A DNA stretch of 32,000 nt from Cereibacter sphaeroides 2.4.1 (GCF_000012905.2 NC_007493.2:660001-692000), one strand, 5' to 3'. Positions 14,356 to 27,300 are shown, counted from the stretch's first letter. Numbers and translations: made by a program. The notes: generated from the sequence alone by a model not told the origin.

Positions 14356-15380
14356 TGCTGCCCCGCGTTCACAGGGTCAGGCGCGGCGGGACGGTCTACA
14401 AGTACCACCGCCGCACCCGGAAGGAGCTGCCGCGGGACGTGCCCGAGGACGATCCGCGCTTCGTGGCGGCATGGCTTGCGGAAGAGCAGCGCGCGCCGAC
14501 CGTGCGCTCGCGGAGCCAGGCGGGAACGATTGCCGCCGCCTGCGAGGCCTATCTTGGCAGCCGCTCCTATCGCGAGCTCTCGGACGGATACCGGCCGGTG
14601 ATCCGGCGCCACGTCGAGCGCATCAAGGAGCAGGGGGAGAAGGCGCTGCTGAAGGATCTCCTGCCGCGCCACATCCGCGCCGATCTCGAACCGCTGTCGC
14701 CGCCCGTGGCCTCCTCGCGGCTGAAAGCCTGGAGGAAGCTCGCGGAGTTCTGGCTCCTGAAGGGGATGCTGGACGCCGATCCGAGCGAGGGCGTGAAGCG
14801 CAAGAAGATGGGAAAGGTGGCCGGCTTCACGGAGTGGACCGCCGAGGATCTCGAGGCGTTCCGCGCGCGCTGGCCCATCGGTACGGCGCAGCGGCTTGCG
14901 CTCGAGCTCTATCAGTGGACGGGTGCCCGGTGCGTCGACGTGATCCGCCTCGGGCCGCAGATGGTGGGGCGGGACGGGGTCCTGACCTATGTGCAGCAGA
15001 AGACCGGCAATCCGGCCCATGTGCCCTGGACCTGTCCCGCCTTCGGACTCGAGGAGCAGCGCGCTGATCTGATGCGCTGCCTGCCGGTCGGATCGCCGGT
15101 CTACATGCTGACGGAATACGGCAAGCCCCGGACGCAGAAGGGCGTGAGCCAGTGGTTCTCGGCCGCCGCGCGGGAGGCGGGGCTCGAAAGCCGGACCGCG
15201 CACGGATTGCGCAAATACCGCATGAACGCCTTGGCCGAACATGGCGCTTCCGTGCTCGTCATGCAGTCATGGGTGGGGCACACGACTCTGCTCGAGGTGC
15301 AGGAATACACCCGCCGGGCCGACCGCCGCCGGGTGATCTCCGGAGGGCACCCTGTAAAACGCGACCCTGCGGGAGCGTAA
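14355..15380 (+). CDS. int: Tyrosine recombinase / phage integrase
   Basis: The C-terminal catalytic region shows R...HGLRK...GH...Y (TAHGLRKYRMNALAEHG, WVGHTTLLEVQEYTR). It is adjacent to a tRNA 3' end. The ORF track starts at 14328, but ATG 14355, coupled to xis, is preferred. Confidence 0.9.
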   Translation: MLPRVHRVRRGGTVYKYHRRTRKELPRDVPEDDPRFVAAWLAEEQRAPTVRSRSQAGTIAAACEAYLGSRSYRELSDGYRPVIRRHVERIKEQGEKALLKDLLPRHIRADLEPLSPPVASSRLKAWRKLAEFWLLKGMLDADPSEGVKRKKMGKVAGFTEWTAEDLEAFRARWPIGTAQRLALELYQWTGARCVDVIRLGPQMVGRDGVLTYVQQKTGNPAHVPWTCPAFGLEEQRADLMRCLPVGSPVYMLTEYGKPRTQKGVSQWFSAAAREAGLESRTAHGLRKYRMNALAEHGASVLVMQSWVGHTTLLEVQEYTRRADRRRVISGGHPVKRDPAGA

Positions 15381-15413
15381 ACATCGGGGAATGTCAGCCA
15401 CTTGCGTGGCACA

Positions 15414-15490
15414 TGGCGGGCCCAGAAGGACTCGAACCCTCAACCTGCCGATTAGAAGTCGGCTGCTCTATCCAGTTGAGCTATGAGCCC
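15414..15490 (-). tRNA. tRNA-Arg, anticodon UCU
   Basis: 77-nt cloverleaf folded by hand. Acceptor GGGCTCA/TGGGCCC, D arm GCTC/GAGC, anticodon stem GCCGA/TCGGC with loop CT-TCT-AA, T arm GAGGG-TTCGAGT-CCTTC, discriminator G, encoded CCA. Confidence 0.9.
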
Positions 15491-15533
15491 GCGCCCCGTT
15501 CTTTTGCGTCAGTCGGAGAAGGGGCGCAAGGGG

Positions 15534-16004
15534 TCAGAGGCTGCGGGTCATGAAGACGCTGTTCGGATCGTCCCAATAGCCTTCGAACGGGCCGCAGGTC
15601 TCGAAGCCCGCCCGTTCGTAGAGCAGACGCGCGGGGGCGAAGGGCGGTTCGACGCCGGTCTCGAGGCTCATGCGGCGGAAGCCTGCCGCGCGGGCTTCGG
15701 CCAGCAGATGCTCGAGGAGACGCCGGGCGAGGCCCTGTCCCCGCGCCTCGGACAGGACATGCATCGACTTGATCTCGCAGTGCGTGGCGTCGATGGCCTT
15801 GAAGGCGCCCATGCCGACGAGGGCGCCTCCGACACGCATCCCGTAGAAGAAGACGCCGGGCGCTGCGAGGTCGGCCGGGTCGAGCGCATGAACGCTCTCG
15901 GGCGGCGAGGTCTCCCGCATGAGGGTCAGGTGGCGCATGAAGATCGGCTGGAAGGTCGGATCGGTGGGATCGGCGCGGCGGATGTCGATGTCGGCGGGCG
16001 GCAT
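15534..16004 (-). CDS. GNAT-family N-acetyltransferase
   Basis: 156 aa from ATG 16004. GNAT motif A region SMHVLSEARGQGLARRLLEHLLAEARAAG. The longer ORF-track N-terminus is Arg/Pro-rich and not protein-like. Confidence 0.8.
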   Translation of the reverse strand: MPPADIDIRRADPTDPTFQPIFMRHLTLMRETSPPESVHALDPADLAAPGVFFYGMRVGGALVGMGAFKAIDATHCEIKSMHVLSEARGQGLARRLLEHLLAEARAAGFRRMSLETGVEPPFAPARLLYERAGFETCGPFEGYWDDPNSVFMTRSL

Positions 16005-16320
16005 GAGGATCCTGTGGTTTGCGAAGCTCTCCGATGCCACGGATGCGGCGCGGGACCAAGGGAGAAGGGGGCGCGCCTGCGCCTTGTCCGGCGGTGCAAG
16101 TCCATCCAGGGAGTGGTGCCGCCCGACCGTGACGGCAGGGGGCTTGGGACGGCAGTCGTTCTTGGCGCGTCCTTCGGGCGGCACGGGCCGGCCATGCGGT
16201 CCAGCGGACGGAGAGCGCCGTCGGCAGCCGGCTGTCCTCGGCGGTCGCAGGCTGCACATCCGTTCAACAGGCCTGAGGCGCCGGCAGCGCGGAGGCGGTC
16301 CCGAGGCTGAGCGGTTGGCC

Positions 16321-16632
16321 TCAGTGCGTCCAGGCGCCGCGGCGGTCGGTCGCGAAATTCTCGCCGTAGCCGCGGGGGCGGATGTTGGCCTTGCGCGGCT
16401 TCGCTTCGGTCACCTCGACCTCGATCCGGTGCGCCTTGGCATAGTCGAGCGCGGCCTCGCGGCTGTCGAACTGCAGGACGACCTGATTCTGCGTGTCGGC
16501 CGACGAGGTCCAGCCCATCAGCGGGTCGATATCGCGCGCCTCGCGGCTCTCGAAGACGAGCACCCAGCCCTTGGCCTTCCCGGTCCCGGACTGCATGGCG
16601 TTTCGGGCTGGCTGATAGATACGCGCGCGCAT
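16321..16632 (-). CDS. ETC complex I subunit conserved-region protein (NDUFS4-like)
   Basis: [28 protein letters not shown]...[12 protein letters not shown]...[12 protein letters not shown] matches the small alphaproteobacterial NDUFS4-like family. Confidence 0.8.
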   Translation of the reverse strand: MRARIYQPARNAMQSGTGKAKGWVLVFESREARDIDPLMGWTSSADTQNQVVLQFDSREAALDYAKAHRIEVEVTEAKPRKANIRPRGYGENFATDRRGAWTH

Positions 16633-16887
16633 GAAATGCTCCCTGACAGATGCCATGTTTATTGGCGGCTTTTCCGTCGCAGATCAAGACCCGCAACCGC
16701 GGGGCAAGCGGCTGTCGATCGATCACGGGAGGGGTGGGTGGGGTGTGGGGTGCAACCGACCGACAGCGTTCTGCTGCTTGCCCTGCCTTTCTAGCGGTCT
16801 TGGGTTAATTGAAGGTAAAGAACCTGCCGCTCCGCCCTTGTTCGCGAACAAAAACGGATCAAATCTAAGCGGCTGAAGGGAATCATC

Positions 16888-19071
<2,184 letters not shown>

Positions 19072-19409
19072 GTGGGGCCGCCGCCGGCAAGCCCGGCGCG
19101 GTCGCACCAAGCGCCGCGGGGGCGTTTCAGCAGTGCTGCCGCCGGCGGCGCTACGCTGCGGCGTCAAGCCGGTCGGAGCACTGAGACGGGCAGCCATCAG
19201 CGGTCTCGCGCGGGAGGATGGCCCGGTCACAGTGCCGGTCTGCCTCGGCCGACAGGCTCCTTTCCGCGATGCCGCAGAGCCGCTCGTGCCAGTGGGCGTC
19301 GCCTGCGGTTGGGAGATCGGGCGGCTCGATGCGGCAGGGTAGCCTGCGGGCCTTAACCCGTCGTTAACTAGGGCGCATCAGGCTGGCGGGGGTTCGGAGG
19401 GCTCGTTCG

Positions 19410-20123
19410 ATGCACACCGCTCTCGCCTCTCTCGCGCTTGTCGGCATGGTTGCTGTGCCCGCGTCCGGTCTCGCGGGGCCCTGGGCGCGCGAGAAGGGCC
19501 GCGTCTTCCTCACGCTCTCGCAGCAGCAGGACGGCGCAGGCGAGAGCTGGACCGGGCTCTGGGCGGAATACGGGCTCACGCCGCGGATCACGCTCGGGCT
19601 CGATGCCGGCCGGTCGGGGCGGGGAGATGGCAAGCTCATCCTCTGGGCGCAGAAGGCGTGGGAGAGGGGGCCTCACCGGATCGCCGCTTCGGCCGGGCTC
19701 GGGGCCGTCCGTCTCGAGGGCGCGCTGGCGCCGCTGGCTCAACTGGGCGGCGCCTGGGGCAGGGGGATCGAGACGCGCTTCGGGCCCGGCTGGCTAGCAA
19801 TCGAGATGCGCGGCATCGTCACCGGGCGCAACGTGACCTTCGAACAGCGCCTCGATGCGCAGACGGTCGCCACCGTGGCCTACCTCGTGCCCGAGACCAG
19901 CGCGAAAGCCGAGCTGACGCTCGGCCTTTCGCCGCGCGACCGGCTGAAGGTGATCGAGCAGCTTCAGCTGGAATATGGCCGCGACTCCGGCTTCGAGGCC
20001 CGGCTCGCGACCTCGCTGGTCTACGATCTCGCGCGGCCCACGAAGCTGGAGATGGGCCTGATCCTGCCCATCGAGAGCGCCTCGGAGCCCGCGCTGAAAC
20101 TGGGCCTCTGGCTTGAGTTCTGA
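19410..20123 (+). CDS. Putative outer-membrane beta-barrel protein
   Basis: Signal-peptide-like N-terminus (MHTALASLALVGMVAVPASGLAGP), alternating-hydrophobicity strands, and a C-terminal ...LGLWLEF ending in Phe. GGAGGG lies 9 nt upstream. Confidence 0.55.
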   Translation: MHTALASLALVGMVAVPASGLAGPWAREKGRVFLTLSQQQDGAGESWTGLWAEYGLTPRITLGLDAGRSGRGDGKLILWAQKAWERGPHRIAASAGLGAVRLEGALAPLAQLGGAWGRGIETRFGPGWLAIEMRGIVTGRNVTFEQRLDAQTVATVAYLVPETSAKAELTLGLSPRDRLKVIEQLQLEYGRDSGFEARLATSLVYDLARPTKLEMGLILPIESASEPALKLGLWLEF

Positions 20124-20128
20124 GGCGC

Positions 20129-20401
20129 TCAGTCGAAGATGAGCTTCGCGAGGAAGAGCACCACCGCCGCGCCGATCAGCGCCGCAACGACCATCGCGAC
20201 AAGGCCCGAGGCGGCGAGCACCGTCACCCCCAGCGCCAGCAGAAGCAGCGGCGTCGCGAGGGCCGCCAGAAGGCCTATGATCATGTAGCGCCCGCGATGG
20301 CGTCCGCCTGCGACAGCGCTTGCGATCCAGCCGGCGGCGAGCCCCACCAGCGCCAGCACCACGAGCCCGACGATTCCGACCCCTTGGATGAATTCTTCCA
20401 T
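20129..20401 (-). CDS. GlsB/YeaQ/YmgE-family stress-response membrane protein
   Basis: 90 aa from ATG 20401, with GGAG upstream. Three Gly/Ala-rich TM segments typical of the transglycosylase-associated family. Confidence 0.7.
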   Translation of the reverse strand: MEEFIQGVGIVGLVVLALVGLAAGWIASAVAGGRHRGRYMIIGLLAALATPLLLLALGVTVLAASGLVAMVVAALIGAAVVLFLAKLIFD

Positions 20402-20501
20402 GATCTTCTCCCCTTGTTGCGGGTCGAACGCGGCAGGCGGGGCTTCGGGTCCGCGCTGCCGCAAAGATGGGAAGCGTGCGGCGCAGGTCCCGGCCGGCGC
20501 G

Positions 20502-20819
20502 TCAGTAGCCTGCGACCACCTCGTACATGACCGGCTCGAAACTGCGGCAGAGGGTGGCGAAGCGGCGGGTGCGCTCGCGCATCTCGGCGGTGCGGAGCAT
20601 CGCCTGGAAATCCTCGCGGCGCTGCCATTGCGAATAGTTGGCGATACGGGTCTGGGCGTCGTTCACATGCAGGCTTGCCGAGATGAAGCCCGGCTGATGC
20701 CGGATGAAGCTGTCGAGTGTCGCCTGCAGCTCCTCGAGCAGATCGGCGCAGGTGCCGGGGGTCATCTCGAAGGTGGTGATGACGGTCTGGCCGGTGAAGG
20801 CCGGGTCGATCTGGGTCAT
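20502..20819 (-). CDS. Antibiotic-biosynthesis-monooxygenase (ABM) domain protein
   Basis: 105 aa. ABM-like pattern (FISASLHVNDAQTRIANYSQWQRREDFQAML). AGGAGG lies upstream of ATG 20819. Confidence 0.65.
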   Translation of the reverse strand: MTQIDPAFTGQTVITTFEMTPGTCADLLEELQATLDSFIRHQPGFISASLHVNDAQTRIANYSQWQRREDFQAMLRTAEMRERTRRFATLCRSFEPVMYEVVAGY

Positions 20820-21010
20820 GGCTGTCCTCCTGTTCTGCCGGGAAGCCTAAGCGGCGCCACCCCCTGCCACAAGCGCGGCGAAATGCGGCACCCTGTGGCC
20901 CCTTCCGCAGCGCGCCCGGAGAGGCGTCCCTCGCGCCCCGAATGTCCCGCGGAGAGGCTGCGGCAACTTCGCGCTACCCGGGCAACGGGGGGCGGGGTAG
21001 GCTCCGGCTC

Positions 21011-21202
21011 ATGCAGCTCATCGACCCCAACCACCCGTTCTTCCGCGCCGCCTGGCGCCGCTGGCTCACCGCGATCCTCCCGATCGCCTGGTCCGGAGTG
21101 GAGTTCTTCGCGCTTCACAGCCCGATCTGGGCCGTGATCTTCCTGCTTCTGGGGGCCTATGCCTTCTGGGTGCTGGTCATCAAGGGACCCGACGCGGCCT
21201 GA
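21011..21202 (+). CDS. Small membrane protein (DUF3329-like)
   Basis: 63 aa from ATG 21011: MQLIDPNHPFFRAAWRRW followed by two TM segments. This resembles the small alphaproteobacterial DUF3329 family as I remember it. Confidence 0.5.
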   Translation: MQLIDPNHPFFRAAWRRWLTAILPIAWSGVEFFALHSPIWAVIFLLLGAYAFWVLVIKGPDAA

Positions 21203-21455
21203 CAGTCGCGGCGACCGGCCCGCCAGAGCGGTGCCCGGGGCGCCCTGATCCGCCGACGTGCCGCGCGGGATCTGTCGCGCACCAGAACCGGAGCCGCGCT
21301 CAGCGCCGCCAGAACCGTCAGGAAGAGGACTAAGACGATCTCGGTCATGGGGCCAGTTGGCCACAGGACCCTTAAGGAGGAATTAAGCGCAGAGTTCCTG
21401 GGGAACGCCGGTGGCCTTTCGTGCGTTCGGGGCCCAGCAACCACGGAGTATCATC

Positions 21456-21599
21456 ATGAAGAAGTCTTTCCTCCTGCTGCCCCTGCTCGCCCTGATGGGT
21501 CTCGCCGCCTGCGAAACCGTCGAGGGCGCGGGCCAGGATCTGTCCGCAGCCGGTAGCGCAATCAGCCAGGAATCGCGCGAGGCGCAATCGGGGATGTAA
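21456..21599 (+). CDS. Entericidin A/B-family lipoprotein
   Basis: 47 aa. MKKSFLLLPLLALMGLAAC lipobox followed by ETVEGAGQDLSAAG. GGAG lies 7 nt upstream of ATG 21456. Confidence 0.8.
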   Translation: MKKSFLLLPLLALMGLAACETVEGAGQDLSAAGSAISQESREAQSGM

Positions 21600-21636
21600 G
21601 GCTCGTGACGCGGCGCCCGGGGGCGCCGCGTCCGCC

Positions 21637-23436
21637 TCAGCTGTCCATCTTCAGCGCATTGATGAAGGCCTGCTGCGGGATCTCGACCTTCCCGAACTGG
21701 CGCATCTTCTTCTTGCCCGCCTTCTGCTTGTCCAGGAGCTTGCGTTTCCGCGTGGCGTCGCCGCCGTAGCACTTGGCCGTCACGTCCTTGCGCATCGCCG
21801 AGATCGTCTCGCGCGCGATGACCCGCCCCCCGATCGCGGCCTGAATCGGGATCTTGAACATGTGCCGCGGGATGAGCTCCTTGAGCTTTTCCACCATCGC
21901 CCGCCCGCGCATGTCCGCCCGGTCGCGGTGCACCATCATCGACAGCGCATCCACCGGCTCGTCATTCACGAGGATCGACATCTTCACGAGGAAATCCTCG
22001 CGATAGCCGGTGATCTGGTAATCGAAGCTCGCATAGCCCTTCGTCACTGACTTCAGACGGTCGTAGAAGTCGAACACCACCTCGTTCAGCGGCAGGTCAT
22101 AGACCACCATGGCCCGCGCGCCCGCATAGCTCAGGTCGAGCTGGATGCCGCGGCGATCCTGGCAGAGCTTGAGCACGTCGCCCAGGTACTCGTCCGGCAC
22201 CATGATCGTGGCGCGGATCCGCGGCTCTTCGATATGGTCGACATAGGTCAGGTCCGGCATGTCGGTCGGATTGTGCAGCTCCTGCAGCGTGCCGTCCTTC
22301 ATGTAGATCTGATAGACCACCGACGGGGCCGTGGTGATGAGGTCCAGATCGTATTCGCGCTCCAGCCGGTCGCGCACCACCTCGAGATGGAGGAGGCCCA
22401 GGAAGCCGCAGCGGAAGCCGAAGCCGAGCGCCGCCGAGGTCTCCATCTCGTAGGTGAAGGAGGCGTCGTTCAGCGCGAGCTTCTCGATCGCCTCGCGCAG
22501 GGCCTCGAAATCGTTCGCATCGACCGGGAAGAGGCCGCAGAACACCACCGGCTGCGCCGGCTTGAAGCCGGGCAGGGGCGCCGCGCAGCCCTTCTTCTCG
22601 TGGGTGATCGTGTCGCCCACCCGCGTGTCGCGGACCTGCTTGATCGAGGCGGTCAGCACGCCGATCTCGCCCGGGCCCAGTTCGGCAATGTCCACCATCT
22701 GCGGCTTGAGCACCGCGAGACGGTCGATGCCATAGACGGCGCCCGTCTGCATCATCTTGACCCGGTCGCCCTTGCGGATCACGCCGTCCATCACCCGGAT
22801 CATGACCACGACGCCCAGATAGGCATCATACCAGCTGTCCACCAGCATGGCCTTCAGCGGGGCCTCGCGGTCGCCCTTCGGCGGCGGCAGGCGGTGGACG
22901 ATGGCTTCGAGCACATCGGGAATGCCGAGGCCCGACTTGGCCGAGATCAGCACGGCGTCCGAGGCGTCGAGACCGATCACATCCTCGATCTGGCTCTTCA
23001 CCCGCTCGGGTTCGGCCGCGGGCAGGTCGATCTTGTTCAGCACCGGCACGATCTCGTGCCCGGCATCCAGCGCCTGATAGACGTTGGCCAGCGTCTGCGC
23101 CTCGACCCCCTGCGACGCATCCACCACCAAGAGCGATCCCTCGACCGCACGCATCGACCGGCTGACCTCATAGGCGAAGTCGACGTGACCGGGCGTGTCG
23201 ATCAGGTTCAGGACATAGGTCCGGCCGTCCTTCGCCGGATAGTCGATCCGGACCGTGTTGGCCTTGATGGTGATGCCGCGCTCGCGCTCGATATCCATCG
23301 AGTCCAGGATCTGGGCCTTCATGTCGCGTTCGGCCACCGTCCCCGTCAACTGGATCAGCCGGTCGGCGAGGGTGGATTTGCCGTGGTCGATGTGCGCCAC
23401 GATGGAAAAGTTGCGGATGAGGTCGAGCTGGGTCAT
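21637..23436 (-). CDS. lepA: Translation elongation factor 4
   Basis: 599 aa from ATG 23436. G1 motif [19 protein letters not shown] and full-length LepA architecture. The ORF-track N-terminal 33 aa are not conserved-looking. Confidence 0.97.
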   Translation of the reverse strand: MTQLDLIRNFSIVAHIDHGKSTLADRLIQLTGTVAERDMKAQILDSMDIERERGITIKANTVRIDYPAKDGRTYVLNLIDTPGHVDFAYEVSRSMRAVEGSLLVVDASQGVEAQTLANVYQALDAGHEIVPVLNKIDLPAAEPERVKSQIEDVIGLDASDAVLISAKSGLGIPDVLEAIVHRLPPPKGDREAPLKAMLVDSWYDAYLGVVVMIRVMDGVIRKGDRVKMMQTGAVYGIDRLAVLKPQMVDIAELGPGEIGVLTASIKQVRDTRVGDTITHEKKGCAAPLPGFKPAQPVVFCGLFPVDANDFEALREAIEKLALNDASFTYEMETSAALGFGFRCGFLGLLHLEVVRDRLEREYDLDLITTAPSVVYQIYMKDGTLQELHNPTDMPDLTYVDHIEEPRIRATIMVPDEYLGDVLKLCQDRRGIQLDLSYAGARAMVVYDLPLNEVVFDFYDRLKSVTKGYASFDYQITGYREDFLVKMSILVNDEPVDALSMMVHRDRADMRGRAMVEKLKELIPRHMFKIPIQAAIGGRVIARETISAMRKDVTAKCYGGDATRKRKLLDKQKAGKKKMRQFGKVEIPQQAFINALKMDS

Positions 23437-23788
23437 GCGCGGCATATAGCCTGTCCCAGCCTCGCCGGGAAGAGGCGAGCGCGCGGGCCCGCGGCTTTGC
23501 ATGGGCACGGGTGCCGCGGACAGGCGCCGGCTCAAGAGGCTGGCATGGCTCGAAAATCTCCGCGCGAGGCCCGGCAGGCCGACCCCCGGCGAGGCCGCTC
23601 ATCCGCCAGAGGCGGCGGGATTGATTCTATCGCCCGCGCCGCGGACGGCCTCTGCCTGTCGCAGCCGGGCCATCGGGGCCATGCGGATCGGCGAACTCCG
23701 GCTCGCAGGAGAAGAGTGTGAAGGTGCCGCCGGCCAATCCCGGGATTGCCTGAGGCAGGCGCCGCGCATCGAGCGGCAAGCTCAAACG

Positions 23789-23811
23789 AAAAAGAACCGC
23801 CGAAGCGGTTC
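23789..23811 (-). terminator. Rho-independent terminator downstream of tRNA-Gly
   Basis: On the minus strand: GAACCGC, loop TTCG, GCGGTTC, followed by TTTTT (plus-strand A run at 23789..23793). Confidence 0.7.
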
Positions 23812-23843
23812 CGTTTCCAACTCGCTGATCCAGCGAGAGTTTT

Positions 23844-23918
23844 TGGAGCGGGCGATGAGATTCGAACTCACGACCCTTACCTTGGCAAGGTAATGCTCTA
23901 CCCCTGAGCTACGCCCGC
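23844..23918 (-). tRNA. tRNA-Gly, anticodon GCC
   Basis: 75-nt cloverleaf folded by hand. Acceptor GCGGGCG/CGCCCGC, D arm GCTC/GAGC, anticodon stem TTACC/GGTAA with loop TT-GCC-AA, T arm GTGAG-TTCGAAT-CTCAT, encoded CCA. Confidence 0.9.
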
Positions 23919-24325
23919 GTCCTTGGGTGAGCGGGGATTTATAAAGAGCCGCGGGCGGCCGCAAGGGGAAATTTCGGCCCGGCAGAAAAAAGTTCGACGG
24001 CGTCGGCGGGCGGGAGGCCGCGGCCCGCCTTTGCGGCCGGTCCGCCGTCCCCGGCCACCCCTCCGCGCGCCCGTCGGATCGGCAAGCCGGAGCGCCCCGG
24101 CCGCGAAGCGCCTGCCTCCTGCCGGGCCGTCGAACCTCTCGCCGCTTGCCGGCCGCTACCAGCGTCGGGCCCAGTCGAAGCGATGACCCAAGGGCCGCTT
24201 CGGCGTGCGGAGGCAGGGGCCGCCGACCGGGTTGGGCGTGCCGCGAAGTCTCTGGCCTCGGCCGCAGAGAGCGGGGGAGGGCGCGCGCCCGCGCGCAAGC
24301 GTTGATGGCGGAGGCCGGGAAGAGG

Positions 24326-24349
24326 CCCCACGCCCTGCGGGGCGTGGGG
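24326..24349 (-). terminator. Stem-loop downstream of pyc; possible terminator.
   Basis: CCCCACGCCC (24326..24335), loop TGCG, GGGCGTGGGG (24340..24349). It lies 22 nt after the pyc stop. The minus-strand tail CUCUUCCC is only weakly U-rich. Confidence 0.4.
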
Positions 24350-24371
24350 GCGCTGGCAGTTCCCGGGAGCC

Positions 24372-27300
24372 TCAGTCCTCGAGTTCGACCAGCAGGTCCT
24401 TCGCCTCGATCTGCGCGCCGGGCCCGACATGGACAGCCTTCACGGTGGCCGCACGGTCGGCATGGAGCCCGGTCTCCATCTTCATCGCCTCGATGGTGAC
24501 GAGGAGATCGCCCGGCTTCACCTTCTGGCCCGCCGAGACCGCGACCGAGGCGACCGAACCCGGCATCGGGGCGCCGACATGGGCCGGATTGCCGTCCTGC
24601 GCCTTGGGCCGGGTCGCGGTCTTGGCCTTCACCGCCCGGTTGGCCACGCGGATCACCCGCGGCTGGCCGTTCAGCTCGAAGAACACCTTGGCATCGCCGT
24701 CGTCCGACGTCTCGCCCACGGCGGACAGCCGGATCTCGAGCGTCTTGCCGGGGTCGATTTCGGCCGAGATCTCCTCGCCCGGCTCCATCCCGTAGAAGAA
24801 GGTCCGGGTCGGCAGCGTCCGCACCGGCCCGTAGATCCTGTGGCGGGCGCGGTAGTCGGTGAAGACCTTGGGATACATGAGGTAGCCGTTCAGATCCTCG
24901 GCATCGACGGCCGTGTCGAGCGGATCGTCGTCGCCCTGCTTGATCTCCGACAGGAGCTTCTCGCGCGCGGCTGCGATGTCGACGGGCGGCAGATGCGCGC
25001 CCGGTCGCTCGGTCGAGGGTGCCTCGCCCTTCAGCACCTTCTTCAGGATCGGCTCGGGCCAGCCGCCGTGGGGCTGGCCGAGATTGCCCTTGAGCATGTC
25101 CACGACCGAGTCCGGGAAGCTCACCTCGACCTCGGGATCCTCGACCTCTTCCCGCGTCAGCCCCTGCGCCACCATCATCAGCGCCATGTCGCCCACCACC
25201 TTCGACGAGGGCGTGACCTTCACGATGTCGCCGAACATCCGGTTCGCGTCGGCATAGGCCTGCGCCACCTCGGACCAGCGTTCCTCGAGCCCCATGGAGC
25301 GCGCCTGCGCCTTGAGGTTGGTGAACTGGCCGCCGGGCATCTCGTGCAGATAGACCTCGGAGGCGGGCGAGGGCAGGCCCGATTCGAAGGCCGAATACTG
25401 CTGGCGCACATGGCCCCAGTAGTCCGAGATCTCGCGGATCGCCGCGATGTCGAGGCCCGTGTCGCGGTCGGTGTGCTTCAGCGCCTCGACGATCGAGCCG
25501 AGGCAGGGCTGCGAGGTGCCGCCCGAGAAGGCGTCCATCGCCGCATCGACCGCATCCACCCCGGCATCGCAGGCGGCGAGCACGGTCGCGCCCGCAATTC
25601 CGCTCGTGTCGTGGGTGTGGAAGTGGATCGGCAGGCCCACCTCCTCCTTCAGCGCCTTCACCAGCACGCGGGCGGCGGCAGGCTTCAGAAGCCCGGCCAT
25701 GTCCTTCAGACCCAGCACATGCGCGCCCGCGTCGCGCAGCGCGCGGCCCATGCCGACATAGTAGTTCAGATCGTATTTGGAGCGGTCGGGATCGAGCAGG
25801 TCGCCCGTGTAGCAGATCGTGCCCTCGCAGACCTTGTTGGCCTCGATCACCGCATCCATTGCCACGCGCATGTTCTCGACCCAGTTGAGCGAGTCGAACA
25901 CGCGGAACACGTCGACGCCGGTTTCGGCCGCCTGACGGACGAATTCCTGCACCACATTGTCGGGGTAGTTCGTATAGCCGACCCCGTTCGAGGCGCGCAG
26001 CAGCATCTGCGTCATGACGTTGGGCAGCCGGGCGCGGATGTCGCGCAGCCGCTGCCAGGGACATTCCTGCAGGAAGCGATAGGCCACATCGAAGGTGGCG
26101 CCGCCCCAGCATTCCACCGAGAAGAGGCCGCCGAGGTTCGCCGCATAGGCGGGCGTGACCTTGATCATGTCGATCGAGCGCATCCGGGTGGCGAGCAGGC
26201 TCTGGTGGCCGTCGCGCATCGTCGTGTCGGTCATCAGCACGCGGGTCTGCGCGGCCATCCAGTCGGCCACCGCCTGCGGGCCCTTCTCCTCGAGGAGGGT
26301 CCGCGTGCCGGGCTGCGGTGCGCCCTTGGGCTCGGGTGCCTTCGGATCCTTCAGCTCGGCCGAGGGGCGGACCCGGCCGGCCGTCTCGGGGTGCCCGTTC
26401 ACGGTGATGTCGGCGATGTAGGTCAGGATCTTCGTCGCCCGGTCACGACGCGGCTTGAAGTTGAAGAGGTCGGGCGTCGTGTCGATGAATTTCGTCGTGT
26501 AGGAATAGTCGAGGAAACTCGGGTGCTTCAGCAGGTTCTCGACGAAGGCGATGTTGGTGGCCACGCCCCGGATGCGGAACTCGCGCAGCGCCCGGTCCAT
26601 CCGCGCGATGGCCTTTTCGGGCGTGGGGGCCCAGGCCGTCACCTTCACGAGGAGTGAATCGTAATAGCGGGTGATGACGCCCCCGGCATAGGCCGTGCCG
26701 CCGTCCAGCCGGATGCCCATGCCCGTGGCCGAGCGATAGGCGGTGAGCCGGCCGTAGTCGGGAATGAAATTGTTCTGCGGATCCTCGGTCGTGACGCGGC
26801 ACTGCAGCGCATGGCCCGAGAGCTTGATGTCGTCCTGGCTCGGGCATCCGGTTGCCTCGGCCAGCGTCGCCCCTTCCGCGATGCGGATCTGGGATTGCAC
26901 GATGTCGATGCCCGTCACTTCCTCGGTGACGGTATGTTCGACCTGAACCCGCGGATTGACCTCGATGAAATAGAATTTCTCCGAGTCCATATCCATCAGG
27001 AACTCGACCGTGCCCGCGCATTCGTAATTCACATGGGCGCAGATCCGGCGGCCGAGCTCGCAGATCTCTGTCCGCTGCTCCTCGGTGAGATAAGGCGCGG
27101 GCGCGCGCTCGACGACCTTCTGGTTGCGCCGCTGCACGGTGCAGTCGCGCTCGTAGAGATGGTAGATCGCGCCGTATTTGTCGCCGAGGATCTGCACCTC
27201 GACGTGGCGCGCGCGCTGGATCATCTTCTCGAGATAGCCCTCGCCGTTGCCGAAGGCGGCCTCGGCCTCGCGTCGGCCCTCGCGCACCTTGTCGGCCAGC

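Larger units (their letters stand above)
1..15413. mobile_element. Integrated HK97-like tailed prophage. Only the immunity, replication, packaging and head part is in the window. The left end lies beyond position 1 and the right end is at or inside tRNA-Arg.
   Basis: Contiguous phage modules: capsid, protease, portal, TerL, TerS, HNH, a divergent XRE/Cro pair, and excisionase plus tyrosine integrase. The integrase stop (15380) lies 34 nt from the 3' end of a tRNA gene. Many 4-nt and 1-nt start/stop overlaps are present, as is typical of phage operons. Confidence 0.9.

Noticed and set aside
16005-16320. 315-bp untranslated stretch upstream of the GNAT gene, considered as a possible riboswitch or leader
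   Set aside because: No conserved riboswitch core motif or clear terminator/antiterminator alternative could be identified by eye.
19151-19357. Minus-strand frame with very high third-position GC in the 338-bp gap between uvrB and the OMP gene (...CRIEPPDLPTAGDAHWHERLCGIAERSLSAEADRHCDRAILPRETADGCPSQCSDRLDAAA*)
   Set aside because: The frame is bounded upstream by a TAA and contains no ATG, GTG or TTG start (only one internal CTG). I recognise no family. It could be a gene remnant, but it cannot be called a CDS from this sequence.
21157-21348. 63-aa minus-strand ORF MTEIVLVLFLTVLAALSAAPVLV... (one TM segment plus an Arg-rich tail)
   Set aside because: There is no SD. The 3' 46 nt overlap the convergent DUF3329-like gene, and the C-terminal half is low-complexity Arg/Ala/Pro. 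It may be a real small membrane protein, but support is insufficient.
23437-24371. Two ~400-450-bp GC-rich spacers flanking tRNA-Gly (23437..23843 and 23919..24371), inspected for small genes, riboswitches or sRNAs
   Set aside because: They contain only short, compositionally implausible ORFs and no recognisable riboswitch core. The only convincing structures are the tRNA terminator (23789..23811) and the post-pyc stem-loop.
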